Part shown: positions 1-10,252 of the stretch, one piece after another | Numbering within the stretch: the stretch's first letter is position 1 | Layout: each line of letters begins with the position of its first letter | From: Bilabrum cf. latius | Taxonomy: Eukaryota | Direction: 5' to 3' | Assembly: GCA_965178125.1 (NCBI GenBank) | Contig: OZ237768.1 | Span: 734,967 to 754,966, forward strand | Length of the DNA stretch: 20,000 bases | Notes under the pieces: model-generated | What the model saw: only the letters and a program-made list of their open reading frames with translations | Database searches by the model: none | Told to the model about the DNA's origin: nothing | Program-made: the position numbers and the translations under genes

Positions 1-2068
1 GCGATTCTGGCCTAGGGCGTTGGCTGCCACGCGGGTGCACTTTCGCGCTTTTCGCACGTGCATCTACGGGGATTCCCAATCGAGCGTCCACCACCCCCCT
101 CCAGTCCTGCAATTCTTGCCCTGCAGCCCCAGCCAACTGTGATGGTGGTGATGCTGCAGTGGCGGCTGACCGAGACTGCGATGCATCACCCCCGTCCTAC
201 TTCCGAGAGGCACTTCCCGGTGCCCCAGAGCGGTAGTGGTTCCGTGTTAGCTCACGTACCACCCCCACAGCTCCCGGTGCCCCAGCACCCACCATCAGCC
301 GCCGCACCTCTCTTGACCCCCCTCCCCCTGTCTGTCCCTTGCCAAGCGCCTCCAGCACAGCCCGCACCCCCACCTCACCGCGGAGCGTAATCCGTCCTGC
401 TGTGCCCGCAGAGCCCCGCACCGCCCCAGCAGGCCCAGCCCCGAGAGCATCGGCCCAGCAGCCCAGGGACCACTCCCGCGCGATGTGCTCGCCTCCCCCC
501 TCCGCACCTATGTGCGCCCCGTCCGACCCCAGCCCATCTGCATGCCCCGCGACGGCCTCATAGTCACCCTCTGCCCCCAGCAGGCTCTCCATGGCCATCT
601 GCACGCCTGCCAGCGCGTCCCCCCACAGATCTTCGTAGTGGTGCAGGTGCGCCCGAACTCGCAGCAACTGCCCAGCCTGTCTTGCCAGCGCCCCCAAACA
701 AGGACCCATCCCGGCGTTGTTCCACAGAGCCACCGTCGATGGGCCCCCACTAGCCCCTGGCACAGAGCACAGCGCAGTCTTGACGGCCTTGCCCCCGCTG
801 CAGTACCACGGCATGCGCACGTGGCCGGCCGCGCGCCAGTCCTGCACGCATCTTTGCAGATCCCCAGAGGATACGCTGAACGATGGCACGGGTACGGACC
901 GCCGTGACCTGCTGCCAGCAGCCAGCCCCCGGCCTCCCGCCGCTGCCGCTGCCTCTGGCGCGCTCCTGGCCAGCAGGGCGAGGGCGAGGGTCCCACGGGC
1001 TCGGGGGTCCGTCTCAATCCCGTGCTGGGAGGGGTGCGCCGCCGCCCGCAACATCTCAGCGGCCGCACGAGGCATCGACCTGTCCCTGACCCGGGGCCGG
1101 GCGCCGGCCCCGGCCCCGGCCCCGGCCCCAGCTGCCTACACCTACTTGCCCCGCTGCCCGACGTCCCCCACGAACGGACTGACCGAGCAGGACGCGAAGG
1201 GGAGAGAGGGTAGTGGGACCAGGTTGGTCGGTAACTCGCCCAGGTCCAGGTGCAGGGGGCCTCCAAACCGTGAGCCAGCCGCGATGTCCACCAGGGCCTG
1301 GGCTGCCACCCGGTTGGCGGTCTCGAAGGCAGTCAGAGCTTTTGACTTGCCGGCAGGGCGGGGCTCCTCCGCTGCAGAGAGGTCCGTGCCGCCCGCAATC
1401 GTGTTCATGGCAGCATTTGTGAACGGAATCACGAGTGACGCGTGCTGCTGCAGCTGCTCCAAGGCCAGCACGGCATTGTATGGGGCGGTGACCACATCGC
1501 TGTCATGTGCGCAGCTCGCCCGACTCGGTGGAGCAAAACTGTCCGGGGCTACAACAGCAGCTATCCTGTCTATATCGGAAAATGCGTCGGCGCACTGCGC
1601 CAGCAAGCGAGTTCCCAGTCCAGAACCAGTCCCGCCGCTCAGCGAATGCAAGAAAAGCAGGTTGCCCGGACTGTCACACGACTCCAGGGATCGCCTGACT
1701 TGGCCTTCTAAACTTGAGCCATGAACAGACCAGTGCTCGAAGTGGCCATGAGCCCAGTTGTTCCCGGATCCGGGCGAGTCCTTAACCAAAGAGCAATGCT
1801 AAAACAAAGGAGCGTGCTTGCCTTTCAAAAGTTGGGCAAGCACTCCTTCCTCCATGTCTACCAAAACAGCCCTTGCGCGTAAGTGCCGGAGAGATAGTCC
1901 GCCTGCATTTGTATCAGGTGCGTGCGACTCGATCTCGAAGAAGGGAGAGAGGTGCTACAAGCTTGCTGATGTTGCGGCGCTTCGCTCAGCCAAGAGCTCG
2001 TTCCAAAACTGCCAGCCAATTTGATTGCCGCACTGCCCTACCTGCACGACAACTGTTTCTCTAGGCAT
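1..2068 (-). CDS. TUBE1: Epsilon-tubulin, divergent, with low-complexity insertions and a long C-terminal extension; 3' end runs off the window; 5 in-frame TAG
   Basis: ATG at 2068 gives [22 protein letters not shown]...[15 protein letters not shown]...[10 protein letters not shown]...[13 protein letters not shown]...[13 protein letters not shown]...LPTNLVP...RAHLHHY. ARAVLxDMEEGV, GSGNNWAxGH and AHLHHY are epsilon-type. ORF-track pieces 1142..1789 and 197..1075 share this frame, joined across TAG at 1955-57, 1799-1801, 1142-44, 1136-38 and 197-99. No TAA/TGA occurs in frame down to base 2. Confidence 0.9.
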
Positions 2069-2384
2069 TACATCAATATTCCGTTAACAGCGCTGACATG
2101 GTTTTGACCCGCACGTAGCTGCTAACGAATGATGATGCCGGCCCGGCGAGACTGTGCAGAAGTAGGTTCCGCCGCGGCTGTGTGTTGGCGTGAACACGTG
2201 GGAAACTGGCGGGCAGCAGTAAAGGTAACTGCAGGGCATTTTGGAGCAATACTTGCGACACGTGGGCGTTGCACCGGTGGGTTCTGCCTTCGGACGGTGC
2301 GAACTGCTCCAAATTCCCGAGTCCGTCCACAAAGGCTGTAAGCCTTCCCGCTGCACAACGCAGACCCACAGCCCCTTCAGCCCC

Positions 2385-5090
2385 TCAGCCGCACCCGGAA
2401 CATAGGCCTGGCACGCACCCGGCGCAAGTCAGCGGGTGCAGCCCGCTGGCCTTCGCCACGGCCACTCCGATGGCTGTGGTGCCCTCTCCCAGCACAAACC
2501 CGGTTGCAACCAGCAGGCCCTGGATGCCCTCCAGCCCGCCGGTCGGGCTGTGTCCTGCAGACTCAGGACAGCCACAGGGGGCAGCACAAGGGGCCAGCCA
2601 TCCCCTCCTCCACGCCTCCATGGCCAGTGCGCCCAGCACGCGCGGCAGCACAAACGAGGGCGATATGTACATGCCCACGGCCACTGCCATGAGGGACGGA
2701 CGCACAGACACCAGCCACAGGGGACATCGGCACCGTCCAGGGGCACCCAACGAGCTAGTCGCGCCTGCTGCTCCTCCCAGCTCCACCTCGGCCGGCATCA
2801 GGGGGCTGGAGGCATCCTCGGCTGTGCCTCGCCTGCCTCGCCTACCTCGCCCCTCCACACCAGCAGCTGCTAGGCCATGTGCCCCTGACTCCTCCCCCGA
2901 GTCATCCAATTCGTCTCCTGGGGTCACCTGCGCCCTATGCTCAGCACTTGCCCTGCCAATCCCGCTGTCGCCCGAATCAGCAGCCTCGGTGTCGCATGCC
3001 AGCATCTGCACGAGCGCGATCACCATGGACAGCCCAGCGCCGATGCCCGCAAACAGAGGCGCATTGGCGGGCAGCGGCTCTCCTCCTGCCAGTCGAGCCA
3101 TGTCCAACCACACCTAGGCAGTTGGGACCTGCAGGGTGGGGCCCCCCAGCGTATAGGCCGCCGTAAACAGCTGGTAAGCCCCCACAGTGGCGACGACTCC
3201 CACTAGAGAGCCCACTAGCTGGGCCCACAGCTGGGAAATGGGGAATGCGCCCAGCAGGTAGCCTGTCTTGAGGTCCTGCATGAGGTCCCCGGCCTGCTGT
3301 GCGCCTGCCTCGGCCACAGCCCCCGCCAGCAGATTGGACACGATCCGGCCCGGGGCCATGCACGCGAATGCAGCCTGCGCGATCTTACCCACCCCCGAGA
3401 CCGGGTTGAGGTCAGTTTCTCCCAGGGCTCGCACTGCGATGACTGCCACCACGACGCACAGCAGCAGGGCCACAAGCGGCTCCCAGACAGGCACCTTGAA
3501 GACGAGAGGGACCACCAGGGCGCACAGGGCAGAGGACAGGAGCAGCCCAGGGACCCACAGGCACATGGGGATGTCGCCTCGAGATGATGATGACGTGCTG
3601 CCCAGCGTGCCACCCGCTGCGCTGGCAGTTTCTTGTTTGGCCCTGCAGCACACTATGCCATACCGCAGCACGGTGCTTCCCAGCGTCACCACGCTCTCGC
3701 CCAGCATAATGCCCAGAGAAACCCACACCACCCATCCCTTGGCCCCATCCGTCCAGCTTGATACAGGTCCCGGCGCCCACCCCATCCGCATGGCCAATGG
3801 AGCCAGGATGCCCCATGCTAGGAGGGCGCCCACACCCATGCTGAGGGCAGGCCGCAGACCCATTATCATGCCCTGCCCCACGTAGGAGAGCGAAGGGGAC
3901 ACGTACCAGCCCAGCTGAGTGGCCTAAAGCGGAGCCCCCAGCCAGTGCAGCACGGGCATTGCCCCTGCCACTGGGACAAGTGCGCCCAGCACAGTCACCC
4001 CGGACGCAGCGGCGCAGGCCTTGCACATGGGGCCCAGTGGGGGAACTGCTGATTCGCCTGATTCGCGAGAGTGCGAGCCCTGCGGATCTTGCCGAGGGCC
4101 TGCATCTATCTCCATCTGGGCCTGATGATGGGGGTCATTGGGTGCTCTAGCAGCAGCAATAGTCTTTCCCGGGGCTGCTGCAGGAAGCACGTGCGCATCC
4201 GGTGCACCGGAGGGCCGAGCGTCCGCTCCCGAGTCCGGTATGGCAGGAACTAGGCAGGAATGCGTCCCCTCCGCCCGTGCTAGTGCCCCTGTCTCCCCGT
4301 GTAGTGCCCCGATTACAACAGCCGTGGCTGTGCCGGACGGAAATTTCAGTTTCTGCACCTCAATGGCATCCCTGCGAAGAGGGACTGCCAAGAATACCCC
4401 AAAGAAGGCCAGGGCAGCGCACCATCCAAGCTGCTGGGCCCATGATAGAGTCACGCCCTCCTCCGATGAACTATCCTATTCATAATGCACATGCGCGGCC
4501 ATTGCCACAGTCGCATTCAATCGGCCTGGCCCATCCACGGCACAAGTTGACTGCAATGCTACTACCCCCGCACGAGTGTCTTCAATTTCTAGTTCATTGT
4601 GCCCCAGCAGAGTCAGAGCTGGAATAATCCCTACAAACCCTCCGGCAAGCGGCATTGTGCCGGCTGCGACCGCAGTTGTTTGCAGGGCAACGTTCTCCAA
4701 AGGCGTGAACCCACTCGCCCAAGACATAGCAGCGACGCAGCAACACTTTGCAAACACGCTCTACTTTGGTGATTTCGCGTGGGGCCTTGATTTGTCTCTT
4801 GAGCTCGCCAATAACGACGAGTCCTCTTCATCGACCTACTACTCTGTTTTATTACTTTCTGGTCGTGCCGAAATGGTGTGTGACTCGTTTGAACTTGGAG
4901 AGACTTTGCAAATTGCATCAACAGAACGAAGCACTCCGAAACCGAGAACAGCTGCTTGAACAGAGGCCATGGTGATCCAACCAGTCTGCAGCCCAAAATA
5001 CATGTTGCTACAACACAAAATTACCCCAATTATCGATCCAACAAATAATGCCCGACATGATGCCTGTGGTTCGCTATCTGCAGACATCAT
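2385..5090 (-). CDS. OPT superfamily (YSL/YGL114W-like) oligopeptide/metal-chelate transporter, about 901 aa; 6 in-frame TAG
   Basis: Five ORF-track fragments (4839..5174, 4476..4757, 3924..4454, 3114..3902, 2385..3113) share one frame, separated only by TAG at 4839, 4836, 4761, 4476, 3924 and 3114. Motifs: NMYFGLQTGW, FTPLENVALQT, LKFPSGTATA, SYVGQGMIMG, RALGETDLNPVSGVGK, QAGDLMQDLKTGYLLGA, ATGFVLGEG. Ends at TGA 2385-87. Start is ATG 5090 or 5087. Confidence 0.9.
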
Positions 5091-5239
5091 GCTGCACAGT
5101 AAAACTGGAAAATCGTTGCTCTTGGCAGGCTCCGAGTTCGTTCTCTCTCTCGCAGAAAATTGAATGTGCTCCACATTCTAAACATCCAAACACACAGCTT
5201 GGTTCGCAACATTTGCTTACCTGATGCAACGATAAAGTG
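5091..5239. promoter_or_regulatory. Probable bidirectional promoter region (149 bp) between divergent OPT and GPN2 genes
   Basis: Inferred only from the head-to-head gene geometry and lower GC. No specific motif identified. Confidence 0.4.
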
Positions 5240-6448
5240 ATGAGTATTCACGGATAGGTCGTCGTTGGACCCCCGGGGTCGGGCAAGACAACGCACTGTA
5301 GAGCAATGAAATCCATCTTGGCTGCTTTCGGACGAAGGCCAATTCTTGTCAATCTTGACCCTGCAAACGATGCTAGCATCCGAGCTCACGTAGTGGCAAG
5401 TGCGACGTAGGGGGGTGATTATCCTGCATCAGAGTCAGACAAGCAGCTGTTTGATATCGACGTGCGGGAACTCGTTGCATTGGAGGATGTAATGGAGGCA
5501 ACAGGGCTTGGGCCGAATGGGGGCCTTGTTTATTGTCTCGATCTAGTGCTCAAAAACGTTGGGTGGCTATCTAAGCAGCTTGCGGCTGCCATCGAAGACC
5601 GAGAAACAGAGCTGGGTGAGCTGCAGCCTTACCTGGTGTTTGATTGCCCGGGGCAGGTTGAGGTGTACACGCACGGGACTCAGATTAAGAATGTATTAGA
5701 TCATTTGCAGCGAGAGAGTGATCTGCGCCTGTGTGGCGTGCACTTGGTGGATGCGTCGCATTGCTCTGATGCCTCCAAATTCCTGTCTTGCACCATGCTG
5801 TCGCTGAGCGCCATGACGCGCATGGAGATGCCATGGGTGAACGTCCTCTCCAAAATCGACACATTTTCGGCGTTTGGAGCGCCCCCGCTGGGCCTGGACG
5901 CGTACACAGATGGCTTAGACCTTGAGAGCGTGCTGGACTCGGCCGCTGGCCCAGGGATAGGCGGTGCGCCGGGACTTTCTCTTGCTGGTGATGGCGGTGA
6001 CGGTGACGATGATCGTGATGGTGCAGACAAAGTGCAGTGTGGCGAAGCAGGTAGCTTGATCTCCCACGATGCGCCGGCTGATGGTGGTTCTAGCTCTACA
6101 GGCGAAGCGCCCCCGGCACACTCAGGAACCAGTGGTGCTAGCTCTCCAGTAGCGCCACGCAGCCGGGCCTTCTTCAAGCGATGGCGCAGCCTGCACAGGG
6201 CCATGGTAGGCGTCATGGACAGTTATTCATTGGTAGGCTTCCTGCCCAGCACGGTCAAGGATGCCAGAGCCACCACCCGGCTGCTGCGGCGGTGCGACAA
6301 AGCCACCGGGTATGCCTTCGGAGCGCTGCACGCCACCACCGAGGCATCCGTGGCGGGCATGATCGACCGTGCTGACGTTGACAGCGACACTACTGCAAGA
6401 AGAGAGGCCGAGGAGGCCGCCATGGAGGCTCTCCTTGGTGTCATGTGA
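5240..6448 (+). CDS. GPN2: GPN-loop GTPase 2, 402 aa; 2 in-frame TAG
   Basis: ATG 5240 gives MSIHG(TAG)[14 protein letters not shown]...VNLDPAND, in frame with ORF 5462..6448 ([38 protein letters not shown]). GPPGSGKT and GPNGGL with DCPGQVE..TH fit GPN2. TAG at 5255-57 and 5408-10; ends TGA 6446-48. Confidence 0.93.
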
Positions 6449-6647
6449 CCCTTGGCCTCGATCGAATCCGGCTGAGTTGTTGCGTAGGTCTAGAACAGTC
6501 TCTACGACTCGGAGTCTGCCCCGGAACCAATCCATCCGTGGGCGATTGCATATCCAATTCAAATGGCCATGATTCGAATAATTGCACTGCAATGGTGAAC
6601 TTATATTTCCTGGCCTTATTAGTTTGTGCTCCCGGATCGAAAATATC

Positions 6648-9086
6648 ATGATTGCAGCTGCAGTCGTGAGTGAGAGCGGAAATATCCTCGGAGCATCCGA
6701 GCTGCAACTGAAACCGCACGCCCTCGCGTCGGTTCGCAGTACTAACCCTTGGTGGGGGCATGGAGTCAAGTTTGCGTGCGCAATGCTTAAGTTTAGCGGT
6801 GATCTGTCGCGACAACTCTCCTCGGGTACTCACGATGAGCAACAAGCCGGCAGCAAGCCGTTGTGTCGCAAGGCAAGAGCAGGCATTGAGTTCGACTCGT
6901 CTGCTTCAGCCATAGCTGAGGCTGTCACACTAATACATGATAGTACTGGTAGTGCTGTCGACGGAATCCATGAGGTCTTTGTGTGCACATTCGCGTGGCA
7001 TCGAGATGATCCAGAACTTGCGTGTTGGGTGCACGGTGCAGCTGAGGCCCTGTGCCGAGCCTTGTGCACTCTACTGCAGAGGAAGGTGCCTATCAACGAT
7101 ATTGTGGCAGTAATTGCATCGTCTGCCTCCAATGCAGAGGCTAGGGCGGCAAACGATGCCGGTTCGTACACTGCTCCAAAAACTGGCGGTCCAAAGGAAG
7201 ATACTGCCAGTGTGCTGCAGAATCAAGCCATCGGAGTATGGTTGACGCAGGTTGTTGGTTGCAGCATGGTCACTCCTTCTCGGATTCGCGTCATCCGCAC
7301 GTGCCGCGATCGCCACGGCAAGCCCATGCCAGTCAATGGTAGGGCAGGCCTTCCTCCTCGATCCCCCTTGCACGCGGGCGCCGCTGGCACCATGCCGAAG
7401 GGGACCTTGCTCGCTGCATCACAGACGAGGAAACGGAGTCAGGTGTATCGGCAGCTAGTGCAGGGCGCAGGCTGGGCCATAGACGCCGCCTCTCCAGGTG
7501 ATGCTCCACCGAGTGAGGCCTCCTTGTGGGTGCGGCGACTGGTGGAGGAGCTGCCTCCTGTGGCAGTGCCTGCCACCAGCAGGCAGGGAGGCGGGCATGA
7601 TAGGGCGGGTCACCATCAGAGTAAGGTCTTTCTGCTTGAGTAGACTCCGAGAGGTGCATCTCCTGCTGGTGCACGCCACGGACGAAGGAAGCCGCAAGTT
7701 TCGACACATGCAGTTCTGCATGCCGCCCAAAGGCAAGGCACAGGCCTGCACCCTGTCGTGGCCGGCTGGATGTTCCCATTTGTGCAGTAGCAGTACGTCC
7801 TCTGCATGCCATCGGGAGAAAAGCCTGCATCTGCTGGATTAAGGGCTGGATCGGTCCTCGTCGGGATTCGGCTGCTTGCAGACGGCACCGACATGGACCC
7901 GAAAGGCAGGAGGGCTTGCCTGCTGGCGGCCGTGGTACTGCAGGCAGGCCCACCAAGGGTCCAAGCAGGCACGTCTTTCACTGGTGCTGAACCTCTTGTG
8001 TCCTCAACCAATCATCGAGCGATGCCAGTAGGGTACCTGGGAGTTTCCCAGTGCGAGGTGACTGTGCGGGTGTCTGGTACTCGGCGCGAGTCAGTCCGAG
8101 GAGCCAGCGCCAGTACCAGCTGGCAGTGGGGAGATCCCACTTCATTCCAGCTGCCTTTTGGCCCTGAGACTGGCAGTGACAGCAAGACAGGCAGTGGCCG
8201 GGCAACCGGGCTGAAGGCAGAGAGGAGTCGACAGCGGGCGTGGGTGTCGGCTGTTGGGCGCCTAGTAGCCGCAGTAGGCTCACAGGATCCAGTGCTGAGC
8301 ATGCACGATAAGATCGTGGCTGCGTTGGGCAGGCCACTGCTGGTTACTGCACAGTCCGCACTAGCCATCGCTCGAGCAGCGGGGGACAGAGATTCCCCCG
8401 GGCTAGCCCAGTCGGCTGGTGGACGAGATTCGGATGCACCATCCGCGGCATCGACGGGCCAATTGCCACGATCAGCTGCAACCGCAGGCACCCCGATCCG
8501 CAAGATGCCCCGGGTGTCCCCGTTGCAGAGACGGATCAAAGGGGCAAATAGAGATGGCAGGTCGAGCACCGGAGGTGCCCCCGGCACTGACGAGAGAAGC
8601 CTGACTGAAGGGGGCTCCCGCATGTCGCATGGCAGCCAGCTAGACCACAGTTTTGTGGAGAGTGCAGTCGCAGCGATCGCCGAGCCCAGGGGGGATGTGT
8701 CCACTCCAGGCGTGGATTCTGCCCGCAAGGGTTCCTCACCGTCCGGACTGGTCCTCGCCGGGCTGGACAGCGCCCGCATGGACATGTCACTACTGGCTTC
8801 AGGGAGGCAGGGGGGGGGGCACGCAAGTGGGGCTGGTAACGAGGAGGAGGGGTCTACTGTGGAGGCGACCAGTGGCAGTGGCCCTGTGCAAGGCAGGGCT
8901 CTGGAAGATGAATTCGAGGCTGTTGCTGACAGTGCTGGGACACTTCCTGCAGCGGCAACCGGCAGTGCCACAGGGCCGCCATTGCCCGCAAATGAGGGCC
9001 CTAGACGGCCCCACAGAGGGGGGCGAAGGTACAGAGCAGTAAGGGGGGCTTGCACTGCCAGAGGAGGCGATCCAGTCTAGGGCTGA
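6648..9086 (+). CDS. Hypothetical protein, about 812 aa; 3 in-frame TAG
   Basis: ORFs 6582..7643 and 7806..9080 share a frame, joined over TAG 7641-43 and 7788-90. TAG 9078-80 is followed by GGC TGA (9084-86). First ATG is 6648. It fills the gap between GPN2 and the convergent PITH gene. No family recognised with confidence. Confidence 0.7.
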
Positions 9087-9151
9087 GAGCAGCCGAACAC
9101 GGTTGTCGCGAAAACACGATCATTTCCGGTATTTCATGAACAAAACTCAAC

Positions 9152-9877
9152 TCAACTTATGCCGTACTTTCCACCGAGGTCCTCTTTCGTCGCATCTGTA
9201 CATTTCTTGGAGCCGAGGACCTCATACACTGCTCCTCTCACAGGTCCGCGCTTGAGCTTCGTGTCAGTCCCGTAAATGCCAATGTACTGCACGTGGCAGC
9301 TCTCATCCTCCCCAAACGCTTTCCTAAAAAACAGCGTTAGATGGTACACGCTGTGGAATTTGCCAGGGCGGGTACTGTACCGCATGTCGCCCTTGCAGTC
9401 CTTAGCTAGGTCCAGGTCCTAATCTGCTTTGATGTCTTCAGCCAGCCCGAAATCCATGTCCTCCCTATTCACGAATACCCCGAGGTCACTTGGATGATTC
9501 TCACTGTCTGGTCCCCCGATGCTGATCGCATGAATTCTCACAGCAGTACGAAACGGTATGTGCACGATCATTTCTGGATCACAGTCGTCGCTTTCAAGCA
9601 CAGGTTCTGGGTTCATTCGCATGTCATACGGTTTAAACGGTGCCTTCGGGTCGCTGCCTGCTGCCTCATTCATACATCGAACATTATCAAGGTCAATGCT
9701 AGAGAGCAGAGATGAGTACGATGTGTCTGCGGTCTCCATTTCATCTTCTTCGCTTGAGCCCACTTCATCTGCTCGCCTCGGGGCGCCCCGAAGCCCGGTT
9801 CGCATGGTAAACCCCAACAATGTGCTACCACCTGGTCTCGAACCACCACCACTACTGTCTCCTCCGGCGGATGCCAT
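9152..9877 (-). CDS. PITHD1: PITH domain-containing protein (PITHD1-like), about 241 aa; 1 in-frame TAG
   Basis: SLLSSIDLDNVRCMNE...LESDDCDPEMIVHIPFRTAVRIHAISI...FVNREDMDF...KAD(TAG)DLDLAKDCKGDMRYSTRPGKFHSVYHLTLFF...FGEDESCHVQYIGIYG. ORFs 9419..9907 and 9152..9385 are in frame across TAG 9419-21; ends TGA 9152-54. First in-frame ATG is 9877. Confidence 0.88.
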
Positions 9878-10252
9878 GTTGCAGTCAAGACCGCCTGATG
9901 TGGCCACACTGCAACTGTTCGTGTTGGCAGCGGAACTGGAACCGGAGCCGTGCGCGGCGCCAGTCTCGCCCCACCGACTGCTTTCCTAGCAGTGCCAGGA
10001 TTCATGTAGTCCCACTTTGCTCTCGTATCTTTATAGCTTGCATTTTCATTGGCCGATACTTTGCCGTGAGGCCTATCATGCCCTTTTTCCGGTCTGACTC
10101 GATCGTTTTCTTGGTTATTTGCTTGTGTATCGTCGTTTGCCCCTGGGTTTGTTTGTTTTTGCAGTGATTCCATACCATTTCCGACCAAAGAATAGAACTA
10201 TGATTCTTGGTTTGATGAGCAAACGAGCCAAGCTGACGCCGACTTGAAGCAG

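Noticed and set aside
2073-2369. 98-aa minus-strand ORF between OPT and tubulin
   Set aside because: Non-ATG start and no homology cue; likely UTR or promoter space.
3114-5257. Introns or leaky readthrough hiding the TAGs
   Set aside because: TAGs lie inside contiguous motifs (PTA-TAG-VW, HG-TAG-VVVGPPG), all fragments stay in frame, and up to 7 TAGs per gene including a tandem pair make leaky readthrough implausible.
5255-5257. TAG as pyrrolysine, or A-to-I edited to Trp
   Set aside because: The best-aligned sites correspond to Gln, not Trp, and pyrrolysine is not known in eukaryotes. U-to-C editing is not excluded without RNA data.
717-9055. Long antisense ORFs (717..1724, 2269..3117, 3268..3885, 8012..9055)
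   Set aside because: Shadow frames of GC-rich coding sequence on the opposite strand.
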